64,000 nt of DNA from Ylistrum balloti (Eukaryota), in assembly GCF_031769215.1 (NCBI RefSeq), contig NW_026782116.1, positions 620,001 to 684,000 on the forward strand. The letters are read 5' to 3'. Positions 26,316 through 40,564 of the stretch are shown here, one piece after another (positions within the stretch are counted from its first letter, which is position 1; the number at the start of each line of letters is the position of its first letter). A program made the translations under genes and the position numbers. The notes under the pieces are model-generated. The model saw only the letters and a program-made list of their open reading frames with translations, did no database searches and was not told where the DNA came from.

Positions 26316-28514
26316 TCGTCAAATTTGGCAAATCACAAAATACAGGTCACAGTGACCAACTGTACTATACATGTAATTGAAGATTATAAGGTTATCTCCG
26401 TGTAAATTTTGATGATGGTACATTTAGAATTAGAAATATCAGTCCAACCAAAATAGTAAAGACTGCGAGAAAAAAAAATGTAATTAAGAATCCTACGATA
26501 CCACACATTTGTTACATGTATAAACTCAAAAAAGTTTAAAATGGGGAAGATATACATCATCACAACTTTGAGCAAGTTACAATGTGGAAATGATACATAA
26601 CATAGTAAATACAATCTTGTCTTAGAGTAGCGAACAGTGGGGAGATTCATGTATATATATTTGTGTGCAAATTATTACAACTAAGAGCACACAGTAAATG
26701 AAGTGGGAAGACATAATCACAAAATCAAAATCACAAAGGATTGGGCACGACCAAAGTTGGGAAACCCAAAATGGTGAGTTTACAACAAAAGATGATTTTA
26801 TCATAAGAATTTAAGCAGAACTATGTACTACATTCAAGTCAGCTATACAGTAATATGCATCAAATGAAAGATCAAAATTTATCAATTCTGAAAGCCTTAA
26901 AATAAATCGAAATAAACCAAATTTATGGTAACTTTATTTTAAATTATTTATTTCATCAATTAAACATACCTGCCAGTACCAAGCTACCTGATTTCAAAAC
27001 AGTTCTGATTTCATTTCTATCAACAAAAATATATAATTTCCCCTATGTTTAATATACAATAACCCCAAAGTAACATTTTGGCAGAAATCATTACAGGATG
27101 GTCACTGCCATGAATTCACTTCAGGTATTGATCATCCTGACAAGTATTCCTAACAACCACAGAAAGCAAGATTAATTTGCAGTCAAAAGGAGTTCAGCAT
27201 CAATAGTGATGTGCAATAAAACTTGGAAATTAACCATTTTATTTTGGACATGTATATACATGTTTCATTTAACTAAAATCTTTATTTTCCCAAATGTAGA
27301 CCATACATTTACAGGTCAGTACAGTATTGAACATTCTAAGAAATACACAAACTAAAAACATGCACTCAATGCAAGCTGTTAGTTAAATGCTATAGGGCGT
27401 ATCCCTGAATACCAACTAATGTGCTCCAGGAAGCAGAAAATAGAATTTGGTTTGTCAGATAAACCAGAATATCAAAATCAATTACATTATACTACATAAT
27501 AACTTGTTTATGGTATATTGCACATATCTATCTACACTGTACAAGTAATGTACAACATCAACAAGACAAAAAAACAATAAAAAAAACCCACAAGATAAAC
27601 ACTGTCATCATAATTCATGTAATCAAAAACACTTAATAGTCTGAAAATGTTAATGCATATGAAATTGGCACATTTTAATATTTACAAATATTTGCATACT
27701 TTTTCCATAAAATGATGTATGCTACAGTTTCTGTCCATACCAGGGCAAGAAATGAGTTGATAAGAAAACAGATACATTCTGAGTTATGCATGGAACATGT
27801 ACTTAAGTGTATTAGTATTTCTAGATAATCATTGGTTCACTAACACTTAAATTAATTGCATAATTATAGTGTTATCAGCAGTTTATGTATAGTATCAACT
27901 ACATTATATTAGATCTCTTATGAAAATAACCAAAAAAATAAAGTATACTGTGTATATCTCGGAGTCGTAATATAATGATTTCTATAACTATATACACATA
28001 TCATTGATGGCATTATGCAGTTTTCTAAAACATCTCTACCTTTGTTAAAAAGAAACAAAAAGTAAAGGATATAAAAAGTAACCCTGCTATCCAAGGACTC
28101 AAAACATGTACTATAAAAATCTGCTGATGTACCACGTACTTTACAAAAGAATCCTCAATTGTCTTCAAAACACTGTGTAACATGAATGCATGGCAAAGTT
28201 ACCTTGGCAAGCACTGGTCCTAAGACGACTTTATACAGTATTGAGAACATTTTCATACATTTTAACAAGATTGTGTCATGCTATACATAAACTCATAACA
28301 TAAAACACATGGAAATGAATTACCTGTATATTTCAATCATACTGGGCCCAATTTCATATCTTGGAGAACGATAATGTATAAAACACTGGACATCACAATT
28401 ACATTATGGGCTGATAGAACAAGCCCAATTTTAATATTCTACAATGTCATCTATTTGCAAGTAAAGCTAAGAAGCAAATCTGCAGACACGTCTATAATTA
28501 CTCCTTATGTTCCA

Positions 28515-31500
28515 TTAACAAATGGTTTCTACTTTATTACTATTGACAGAGGAAGATGAGGACTGACGAGAGAAATTCTTTAGTTGACTTCCACTTCCTT
28601 CACTGCTGTGCCTGACATATCCCCCTGACGAACTACTTCCTGTTCGAGCATGGTGAACGGCATTGCTTCCTGAACTTGAACCACTTCCTTCACGAGTGTG
28701 ACGAATAACACTGCCGTCTGGCGGTGAATAATATCCACGATTGTGGACAGTTACTGGAGAAGTTGTAACACCATTGGGTGTCCTTTGTGGAACCTGTGGC
28801 GACTTTTTGGACATTGCTGGTGATTTTTGGTAGATTGGTGATGATCTGTCTGTGCGTTGTACTTGAGGTGATTTGTGAGGCACCTTTGGGGATTTATTTG
28901 GAATCAGTGGTGACTTTCTAGGAACCAGTGGCGATGTTTCTAAACCTTCCTTGGGTTTGGGTTTTCTGAAAGACCTTGTTCTGCTGACAATCTTAATGTC
29001 TTTCATGTTAATGAGGATGTTTGGGTTACTTCCATGCCGTGTAAGTGTGCCTGTGGGACTACTTGGCATACTCCTTGGTGTATACATGCTCCATGTATCA
29101 GACTTGCTGTTCTGCCGGCCACCTTTGTTTCTGAAGAGATTTAGTAGAGATTTACTTTTTTGTTTGCTCTGAGATTTCAAAGTAGACTGAAGTTCCAGAG
29201 TACCAGATTTAATAGCACTTGCACGGACATCACTCAGTTTATCTTTACTCTGAAGATGAAGGAAGTTAGGATTTGATATTGAACGCACAAGTGTGTCTCT
29301 ACAAGTTTCATTAAAGCGTCTCCGTATCTCTGCTACTGGTTTTATGTTAGTTTCATCTATTTCTCCACGCAATCCCTCAATGTTGTAGTAGGTTTCTGTG
29401 GATTTCCTACTGTAGTATTGATGATTGTCTGTCAAAAGCTCTATACTGCCATGAAAGTCTTGCAGATTTTGAAATGGATTGATAGGTTTTGCTAAATCAT
29501 AAGTCTGAACATTTTGATTTACATCTGTATTTCTCCTCATTGACAACCTTTTTGATTCATCATGTACATCTTCACAGCTGACAGATCGTAATCTATTTAA
29601 CCTTGAACTTGAAGACCTACGACGGCACTGCACAGACCTTTGGTTGTTGTAAGTATTCTGACGTGGCAAACTACTGAAATCTTCATTAGGAGGAGAAGGA
29701 AGAATGTAATCTATAACACCATTACCTCCATCCATTTCAGTACCGACTCTAGGAGTCAGATATTCATTGTTACCTGGTCCCGAGTCACTGAGTCTACCCC
29801 TGGTGGCCTCGAAAAAAGATGGGGGAGGGGACCAAGCATCAGCGGCATTTCGAACACTTGGGGACTGAATGTTGCTCCCAGAACTGGAAGTTGAATTCAT
29901 CCTGAAATAATGATCATCTTTAAGTAATGTTCCCTCACTATTGTTACGTGGAATTCCTATAGGTTTAGTGTTATTCTTGGCTGGAGGAGGGAGAGGTGGA
30001 CGATCAGCCAGAGGGTTACTTCCCTTGACACTAGACACACTGACAGACCCTTGGCTATGGTTTCTCAACATCTGTGGTGAACTTTTGGAACGCTTTTCTG
30101 TGTTTAATCTTCTGGGTAATGGTGGAGGATTGTTGTCATTCCCACTAGATGAAAAAAAAAATGATAATAATAATAATGATTAACAAATAAAATATAGGTA
30201 TATGAAAGTTATAACCTGTTTCATAACAGACTGGACAGGTATGTATGATGCTTTTGTTATCCAGGTACTAGTTACTGATTATTTGATATAATAATGTTCT
30301 ATTGACTTACAAATATATTTCATCTTTTTCATAATATTCTAATTGCTCATGCAGATGGCCAATTAGCCAAAGCAAGGTCACCCTCCCTAAGTTAGAATAT
30401 TCTTGCTTATTCACTAAGAAAACATATTACCATTCTGAAAAATTGGACTAATCCCCATCTTATAATTTCAGAATAAATACTTATTTCATAATTTTTGGAG
30501 ATTCAAACTTGGAGAATCTCAGTGTGTGGTTGAATGGTAGTCTGCAACAAATCATTGGCTGAAAACATATATATGTATAATTGACATGTTTCAAATCAAC
30601 CTCCTAAAACCTAGTTTCCAAAAGTTTCTTTACTTCAAAAAAGCTCCTTAACTTCAAAATTTTCAAGCCAAAATCATTGCAAAATTTAAAGATATCCTTA
30701 TCTTATAAGATTTTCATTTTCTCAAATAACGATTCCCTTTGGAAAAAACTCACAAGATATCTTTAATTAATGATCAACAGGTAAAAAGTTTCACGTGATC
30801 TGACTGAAACGGAGTGAAAATCTTTATATTTCATTCTTATTCCGCTTCAATTCTTTAATATAACATGTATAGTGTAAACCAGAGTTCTATCTACTGAAAC
30901 ATGTATCATGAAGGAATTAACCACTGGATAATACTGTCACTATATATAGTACATTGTATATCATATCATAAATATTTTACTTACCCTGTACTTGATGCTT
31001 GACTGTTCTGGCGAGTGTGAACAATTGGTGCAGATCTAGGAACTGCAATAAATAGTTATACAGCAATTGTAGGAAGAGTTGTGAGAATCAAGTAATTCAA
31101 TATTCTATCTAACAGATTTCTGTATAAACCATTTCACCAAACAAAACACAATGGAACCTGCAACAAGGATTTTGCAATACGCATTCTGGAATCAAAGCAG
31201 CTATATTTGAAAGGAATGTCGTCTCTTGACAAGCTTAAGATACAGTTTACCTTGATTCTGCTGTTCAGATATATTTTGATATATGTCTATTTTGCATGCA
31301 GATTCAGAGACTCCTTAGCAAGTATAATTATACAGCCAGAAAGATTTTTTATTTGATGGCAAATGGTAGTGTTTGCAGTCAGCTCAGCATAAATCTAAAA
31401 TTTCATGAAACAGAGATGCAATGGTACTGACAGTACAACTTTATATTTGAACTTCTATCAAAAATAATTTTTTTTACATGAAAATCCTTCAATATATCAA

Positions 31501-34500
31501 ACTATGTAAATATAATCATAAAGATAATTTAAAGTTACAAGCTGAAACGGGTAAATTCTTCATATGCTCACCATTCCCTACAACATCATGATTCCAATTG
31601 TCCTTGAGTATTTTTGGTATTTCTGGATTTCCAAGTGTCATGAGCGAGACAGATGTAAGAGCAGACAACTTTTCAGCCTCTTCAACATAATCCTCCACTT
31701 CCTCTGTTGTTCCCCGTCGCCCTGGATGTATCTTTCCAAGAGCATCAACAATATGTTGGTCCAGGAGGTCGTAAAGTTTGCTGTCATCCCCTGGTGCTGT
31801 TTGAAATACATATATGCCATCACCCATCGGAGCCACACGTCCTGCCTCCAGCAAGAAGCTGCCCTGGCCTGAGGCCTCAAAGTATCGTACACTCTTCAAT
31901 GGCCACTGAGCAAGTACGGACCGACACGACTGAAGGCAAATCACAAATTGTAGGTAAAGGATAATGTCCTAGTTTTCATAATGATATTTGATAGCATGAC
32001 TATAATTATGAGCCCTTAGAGAATAGCACCACCAACCTACTGAAGATAAGTTTCATGCCTTAACTTTGTATCTGTAACACAAATTCTCAGACCAAATTCA
32101 AATTGCATACATCACATTGAAGATTATAAGTTGCTATCAATTTTAACAGTTAACATGCAAATACGATTTTCCACATTGCATTCTTCTTATTAACAGAGCA
32201 GATATCTGTTTTCGACTTGCACTGTCAGTAACATTCAAATTGCTACAAAGACTGACTTAGACACTGAGGACTACCGGGTAGACCCTTCCCTTAATCTTCC
32301 AATAAACAAGACGATGAAAAATGACTATTTCTAAAATATTACACCACGACAACTGTATCATATATAATCACACCTCTAGACTTGCAGGACTTTTACTATC
32401 CACCTAAATGTACACAAATGAAACATTTGTTACCAACATTTTCCAAATAAATAGAAATCTTTGTTGAAAGATAAACAATAATAATATTTACCATTAAAGC
32501 AAGAGTGGCTCCCCATGGTGATACATGCAATATACAATTAGCTCCCTTGGCTCCGATTCTTCGCTGAGCTTCAGAATTTTCTGCTTTAACAGCAACAAAG
32601 TCCTCTACAAATACAAATGATACATAGAATGATTAATCTTTATTTGGAATTAGCAGTTTGAGGGGTTTAGCCGTACCTGTCTAAAACTAACTTGCTGAAT
32701 ATCATTAGTTTTCAAATTTCAGCATAATAAGTAGAGTTGGTGCACTCATATTTCCAGCACATTGTGCAATAAAGTATGAGTGAAATGGAATGTATTTTAA
32801 TTTTAGTTATTTGCTTTTGAAATTCTGAAACTGTGCATATTGAGCTTTATATATATCAGGTCCAACATCCGGTACAAGTGCGTTAATGTATAGTGGAATA
32901 ATTCCAAACCACCTGAACCGTTTCAACCAGAAATGCAGTCCTGTAATCGATGTCTGATCGATCACAGGATGCAAAAGGATATTGCAAACTTCTGCTATGG
33001 CTTTGAAGTAACTGCAAAAGTCCAGAAGATATTAATGTGATTCATATTAAATGGTTTGATTAATTCAATGTTATTTTTATTTCAGTCTTCAAATCATCCT
33101 GTATACGATTGCAAATGATGGTTTTAGACAATCTGTTTCAGTTACAAACATGTGATGGACTGCACATGTTTAATCTACAAGTATATTAGTATGTTACCTG
33201 TTATTTTTTTATCATTCTATCTATCTTTTTTTAACCACATATACGCAGCACCGATATACAAGCTGCACACCCAAATAATGAGGAAAAAGGTGCAGCTTAT
33301 AATCAGGAAAAAGTGGTATTAATACATCATGGTCGCCATATGACTCAAGTTGTTGAGAAAATACTGAAACGTCCATACCCAAACCAACCTTTAATTTGCT
33401 CACGAAGCGTAATCTGTGTCTGAATCATAAACACAAACATGTCCATGTGTCTTTGTTCATCTGCTGACAGGCACAGGTATTTTTCAGCTGTAGTAAGCTC
33501 AAATACATAGGCCCGGTTACGTGTGTTGGTGACTTTTTCCAAACGGAAACCTCCTGCCAGACTGACCTTATCTATGAAACAAATAATATATTGTACACAT
33601 TATTAGGTTATACACCAAAAGTCTTCTAACATGTTTTGCTAATTTGTTGACATAAAATTCAGAAGGAATGTATGGTAAAGCAGAACTCACTGAATCAAAT
33701 ACCTGCTTATATAGTATCAACATATATCAACTATAGTATCAACAAATATCAACCATGGTATCAACAAATATCAACCATGGTAACAAATATCAACCATGGT
33801 ATCAAATATCAACCATGGTATCAACAAATATCAACCATGGAATCAACAAATATCAACCATGAAATCAACATATATCAACCATGGTATCAACAAATATCAA
33901 CCATGGTATCAACAAATATCAACATGTCAACATCATCATAATCCAAACCCAAATTTGATAACACTAGGGAAAAATTTGAACAAAGGAAAGATTACATAGA
34001 AACTCCTGAAAAAGTACTAGAAGAATAAGACCAGGTGTTCAAAGAGAGTAAATATAATAGATCATATCAAATTCTATTAGCAAAATGTACCAATCTTATA
34101 ATGATGATTACCTGGATAGTCTTTTGTGTAATTTATCTTAGGAAAATCCTGACATCAGATACAACAATGGGAACTTTGTTTTTTCACATCAGATATTTTG
34201 GAACATGTTTATGTTATCAAACAAGCATCAGTTTGTACACTGATAACACTATATTCTGATAATGCTTTTTGAGAACTCAGAGCATATTGTTATCATTGGC
34301 CAAAGAGTTTATAATCATAACCATATTTAAGTTATATTCTGATGAAAACAGTTAATCAAATGAGTACAGTGACTGTACCTCAATTTATACTAATATGAAA
34401 GACTTTGTTTTATGCTAAAGAAGACTGGTTTTGAAACTTATACTTAAATCAAAATTATGTCTGAATTAAAGGCAATTACCAAATAAGTATTTTAAATACG

Positions 34501-37156
34501 TGTAGATCTGTTCCCTGCATAGAAGTGACATAACATCACTACAGTAGTCTACCGTAGGCGATATACATATACAGTACATATGTATTTTCAGGCAGATACA
34601 TTTGGAACTTGTTCAGGGCTAGTATAGAGCAGCATATGGCATTGTTGACAATTTATGATTAAATACAGCTATACCGTCTAAATAGGATAGTTACCATTTG
34701 GCGCTGCATTCTTGTTTTTGGGTTTTTTACTGTAGTACTCCAACACAGGTCTGTTTCCATTACTCTTCAGTATAACATAACGCTGCTTCCATGGATTAGA
34801 CTTGCTGAAAAATGACTTCCCTTTTCCCCCGGTCAACTTGTAAAGGTAATTCTACAAGGAAAACCAGATATGTCAGTACAAGATGAATGCCCATGCTGGG
34901 ACAAAATTGAAAATGTGAACTGTTTGATTAGCCCATGGGGCATAACTCTATTAAATATCATCTACCCCGACCCAACATACTAAATTCCAATTCAAAATGT
35001 CCGACTGAGAAAATGAGCTATAACTTTCCTGAAATTTTCTGAGTGCAAGGGGCATAACTCTGTCAAAATAAATTCAACCTGTAGTGAATAATCTTGAAAT
35101 TAGAGAAATTAAAGATTTTTATTAGTGAATAATATTCTTAATATTTCATCATACATGCAAAATATTATTTAATTCTATTGAGGCATTCTATAGTTATATG
35201 CTTCTCATTTTCAATGGTGAGGGCATATAAATATAACAACTATGTATAAAAGTACAATAAATCTGCTAGGTACTAAGGATTAATACAAGCTAAAAAATCA
35301 CTAACATGGAATTTTGGGGGGGAATAGAGAATTAAAACAACAATTTACGGCATCTAAACTAATTATTTTAGATTTCAGATAATATCACATTGTGTTGGAG
35401 TATATTCCAACTTTTTAAGTATATTTATTAAGTCATACAGTGTATCAAAGAAATATAGTTTATTTCTGAATGTATGATTTTACAATTTTGTATTTATTCT
35501 AAAACTAAGTGAATCAAGAAATAATATGAATAAACAAGTGAACCAAGCCAGTACATATACTAATGCAAAGGTTTCTTGTTTGATTTACCTGTGGTAATTA
35601 AACATGTATATACATGTTATATCATCATGTATCAAAGATGAAACAACAATGTGATGTTAACTTGAGCTGATCAAAACCATTCAGTGGCATAACATAAAGA
35701 CTTTTATATACATGTACTGTAAAATCATACATTTTTGTGTCGCTCCATTTTCAAGGTTTTCGAAGAAAAAAAAATTATATGGACACTTGATCTGGATCTG
35801 TGGATTAAGAGTAGCAGCAAAATCAAAATCCCCACAAAAATAAATTATTTCACATTAATTCATATTAACTTGCACTATTTGTGATACATTAGCTTTATAA
35901 AAATACCAGTATATATATATCTGTACTAATACTTGTGAGAGGGTTTCTAATTGATCTTGTGTAAATTAGTAATGAGTATCATTTTATGTCTTATATTTAG
36001 GTCATGCTTATATCTGCTTGTCTCTACACTTTTATCCTTTGTTTATGGAAATACACACTCGCACGAGTTTTTGTTTTTACTCAATGTTCATCATATTAGC
36101 AGGAAAAACACTTTCTTATATCTTGCTTTATATTTTGAATCTAAATGTACAAAATCTACTGCTATAATTACCAATCTAGGGTCTTTTATCCTAGCCTATA
36201 ATTTCTCCTAAGAAACTTCTGAACATAAACAATTACAGTACTTCTCATTGTTGCATTTTCAACAATAAGGATCCAATTTGCTATTCTGGTAATGTTTTGG
36301 CTACACACACAACATGAATCTAGAAATGGAAATGATTACCCATTAAGCTTGCCCTCATAAATATCAAAGAATATTTATACTACTTGTATCAGGTGATAAT
36401 GGTTAACAGATGAAAGATTTGTGTATTCATATTCAAATTGCTACTTAACAATGAACATTTCTGCTACTACAGGCAAATATCAGAGAGCTCCTTATAATCA
36501 ACTGGCAGTTCATCATAATTTAGTACTGAACATGTACATTCATGAACGCTTTACAGCTTAACATATCAATGGAGAAAAACTAGTTGGGTACACAAACAGA
36601 CATTTAATGAAAGCAAGTAAAAAAAAAAGTATATACTAGACCTATTTGTTTAAGGAATTACCTGGATTATAACTATTGCTCTAAAGTAAGGCGTGATAAT
36701 CACATCAACATAGTATTCATGACACAAATTCCTCAGGCTAATATCTGTATATTGTCATTCACTTGTACAAGTTTGAAATATGATAGAAATAATCAAATGT
36801 ACATATATACATAATGTCAGATAAAAGATTTGAAACAAAAAACGACAAGGGTATAGCTAAGTACATCCACACTAGCTATTTTACATTCATTCCATGTGCC
36901 CAATGATTACAGTTTCTCATATGACTTCATGAAAATCTTATAGAATTATTACTCAAAACAATAGTACCATACAAACTTTGCTCCTACACAAATACATAAA
37001 AGCATTCAATCCACTTACAGTGTTTTATATAAATGACTTTTGAGTAATTTCAACAAAAGCCAACCTCAGACTTTTTATTTTCACTTTTGTAAGACTTTCT
37101 TAATGCTCAACTATGGCTTGGTAAAATACAGACACACAAGCTACACACATACAAAC

Positions 37157-37187
<31 letters not shown>

Positions 37188-39664
37188 AATGAACCAACAA
37201 GGTAAATACAATATATATAGCATCTAGAGAAGAAGCAGTCATTATTTTAACTATCAAGAACCATAGTTGAACATTATGGCTATGTAAGAACCCAAAATGC
37301 TTCATCCTAACGAAATCAAACTTGTACATGAGATGCTTTTTGGAAAGTGTAAGGTATGTATATGCAACATCTTTCATTTATAAACAATCACAACAAACAC
37401 CAATTAAAATCTACATGCACTGACAGCAATTACGTATGTATCGATCATTATCGATATATATATATATATATAATATACCTCAGAATGTAATTCTGTATAG
37501 AAGAATAATTTCTATTAAGTGGCATAAGATTATAATGAAGTAACAATATATATGACACAGTAATACCTAGTTACTGTACTTATAATTTTACATGGTGAAT
37601 ACAATGACCTCTTTTTTCTTTATGTCTGAGCGAATCAAGAAATCTTGACACCTTGAATCAATGAAAATAGTCACAGTGGGCCTAATTACAATACCTGGAT
37701 TGACATATTTTCGATGGAGTATACTTTGAAGCAGTGATCTATATGATGGGTGTCAATCCAGGCCTTCAACTCTGCAAATTTCTTTGCTTGTTACTTTAAT
37801 TGGGTGTGAGTGACCACTGGCAAGTTGAATTTGTTTTATGTAACTTGGTAATTCCAATGTTTCAGAACTGAATTTTGAACAAACAGTCTTGTCTTTAAGT
37901 TTAACTTCACTGCTTGTCAGGTGATGAAGTGGTCACCTGGTTGCCTTTTCACCTATAGCATGGTAATATAGATTTGATTGCCAAATCTGATGTTAAAAGG
38001 TATAAGATCACCAGGAAAACATGGGTTTTGACGTGTCTCTGGGTATTCCAGTTTATTCCTGTGATAATTACCAGTATAATATATCCCTATGAGAACTTTA
38101 ATCTAGGCCAGCAGGTCAGATTTAACAAATGTATGGTGTAAGTTATTACTAATACTATATTTTGAAAATCTTAGATTCACACAATTATAAAAGACAATTA
38201 CATCTCAAACAATTCTGAGTGTCACAATTGTAAAAACCTCAAAGTCAACATCAACATTAACTATCTTCTGAAGAAAATCCTTGTCAGTTTTCAAATAGGC
38301 TTCATTCTTTGATGAATTTTTATCCAAGTGCCAACACTTATAACAGGACCATATCTTTAGAACATAAAGATCTCTGAGAATTCAATCACTTGTGATACCT
38401 TGTAATATCAAGAATTTGAAAACACATACCTTTTTGAATGAAGATATACTGTAATCTGTCTTAATGCCAATTAAAAACTTATATACTGTATGCAAATTAC
38501 AACATGTACCTATATAGATAATCAATTGTTTTTACCACTTGAATGTCACTAACTTGATATATTTTTTTTTTACATCAATGATCAAAAAATAAATGCATGT
38601 CTATCATATACTATACAGTCTATCTAACAGACTACTGTTGTAAGATTCTGAGACACTTATAAAAGATTCTGCTTAACAAAATACAAATAAATAAGGTAGT
38701 GTTTTCTCTGCTTTCAACCACTGTTATTTGAATTTGATTTTGATTTGCTGTTCTGGTACTACAGTTTTAGCTTTCAAATTTCACCACAACATTTTGTTTA
38801 TAATGTTAGATTACAATATAGGCAGTAAAACAAATCATAGAACAGGGACACAATCAACCAAAAGTTGATTTAATAATATGTTTTTCTTGTCTAACTTTTA
38901 ATTAAAAAAACAGAACATGCTACTCACTGTATATGTCCTTAAAACTTTGTCACATTCACATAGACATAATAATTAAGTACATTATAAGCCCAATTTTGCG
39001 TTTTAAAGACCAAGATATTCTAATAAAAACATGTACAGCAAGTATTCATTATTCATTTTGGCCCATAGATTTATTACCCATATACAAAATAAATAGAATT
39101 TCAAGTGGGATTAGAGATATGGATGGTTAAGAATATGTTTATTTTGTTTGAATTCAAGTTGTGTTGAATATTATAAATCATTGTATATCCATAACTTAGA
39201 GCTGTACCAGCCATCTTAATTCTGCCTACTGGGCTAGACCGGTACTGTACATATCGGATATTACATATAATCATTTTTTGTTTATTTTGGAAAGTTTAAC
39301 ACTTCGTTTATCCTATTGATCATCATTGTTTAGAATTTAAAACTGATAAGAGTTACCGCTGACTAATGCATTTGTAACAAATTAGCACACGTGATTTCGT
39401 AATAGTAGATCACTCATCAACGAGATGCAAACAGGCAAATACTTTTAAGGCAATTCACAACCACTTATTATCACTCGTGCTTTTCAGTTTCATCCATGTT
39501 TTCACCAACGAACGTACATAATGTCGAATCAACATAACATCATTTGTATAGGGATTATATATGTTTGAAAATGAATAATAACAATAAACTGACAAAACTC
39601 ACAAGCTTATCTAAATCATCAAAATAATTCTCACCTCAAAGATGACACCTCCACTGGAAGCCAT
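28515..39664 (-). CDS. DOK/IRS-family docking adaptor protein (PH + IRS-type PTB + long Ser/Pro-rich tail), 842 aa, 7 exons
   Basis: Exons 39664-39635, 34851-34695, 33571-33389, 32604-32492, 31929-31572, 31042-30985, 30144-28515 total 2529 nt, GT-AG and in frame. PH-like N-terminus (NYLYKLTG...WKQRYVILK...LEYY...YVFELTTAEKYLCLSAD), then PTB-like WPLKSVRYF...FLLEAGRVAPMGDGIYVFQT. The exact DOK orthology cannot be assigned. Confidence 0.88.
33710..33925. repeat. 22-bp minisatellite, ~10 copies, intron of DOK-like gene
   Basis: Unit atggtatcaacaaatatcaacc, with 3-bp deletions in some copies. Confidence 0.95.
34880..35080 (+). mobile_element. Fragment of a Helentron-type element (ggggcataactc monomer family)
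   Basis: Two copies of ggggcataactc (~34937 and ~35049), ~112 bp apart, with related flanks. Boundaries approximate. Confidence 0.5.
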
Positions 39665-39686
39665 TTTTAGGTCATGTTTACGAGAC

Positions 39687-39694
39687 TGACGTCA
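39687..39694. promoter_or_regulatory. CRE palindrome TGACGTCA next to the start of the DOK-like gene
   Basis: Perfect TGACGTCA ~23 bp upstream of the ATG at 39664, in a CpG-rich patch. Function untested. Confidence 0.35.
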
Positions 39695-40564
39695 CAAGCT
39701 CGAACGAGTGTCTTTCAATGTCAGACAGGCGCTTATATAACATCAATGTTAATAAAAAGTTTGAAAGCCTTCTCGCGGGAAATTTTTAATTTGGAGTAAG
39801 GGCACACATAATTCTGCCTGATAGGGTTTCGGCTCAGGGGTTAACCTATGTTCATTTATTGTTTTCTCGCATGGGGGTACTAATTAGTAAAAAAGTAAAT
39901 TAATCACAACATAATCAAGTTGAGTCGGTGGTTTCAAACAGTTTACATGGACTCTCAACAGCATACGGAAATCACGTCGCATGCATACCTTCCTGGGCAA
40001 TATTCGAGTTCAGTCTTGCACACGGACACAACTACGACGGCATAAATTTTAAGCGTCGTAGGCCGTACATAGTAAACTTTACAGCATTGTCGTCTTCTAT
40101 TCAAGCTTCCCAATTGGAACTCAGTGCAATATTTGTCTGTTGTTTTAAACCACAATTTCTCAAGTTCAACCAGTGGAATTAATGACAGCTGAAATTTTCC
40201 TGAAATGTTCCTAACGATTCTTAATGTTATTTTTCAGGTGAGCACGAAATCATTTTGAAACAATATGGCTGCAAGCTTTTCAAGCTGGAAATTGGAGGGG
40301 TTATTTAGAAACTGCAGGAAGAAGTGTATTGTTCTACCGTAACGGCTAGAGAATTCATCATTATGAAAAGTTGCATTTTTTCACCCCTCCATCCCCCCCC
40401 CCCCAAAAAAAAACCCCACTTCTTTATTTCCTTCTGACAGTCGCATCGCTGATGGATTTCATCCATCTTAAAAAACATGTTCTCAAACACGTGTTTGTTG
40501 CTTTCTTCCTTCTCAACTGAAATGCATAATTTACATAAGACGTTTCTCTGTAGTTTCAAGAGAG

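Noticed and set aside
28951-31964. Plus-strand and alternative-frame ORFs (28951, 29640, 29941, 31564, 31638, 31707)
   Set aside because: Shadow ORFs over GC-richer exons of the DOK-like gene, with no independent splice or homology support.
33672-33999. Two repetitive ORFs (NINHG.. / YQPWYQQIST..) or a CRISPR-like array
   Set aside because: They are translations of the 22-bp minisatellite inside an intron. The repeats are contiguous with no unique spacers, and there are no cas genes.
38238-38356. Possible cassette exon in DOK-like intron 1 (IWSCYKCWHLDKNSS...DVDFE)
   Set aside because: Both splice sites are weak (donor GTTTTT) and it would interrupt the first PH strand.
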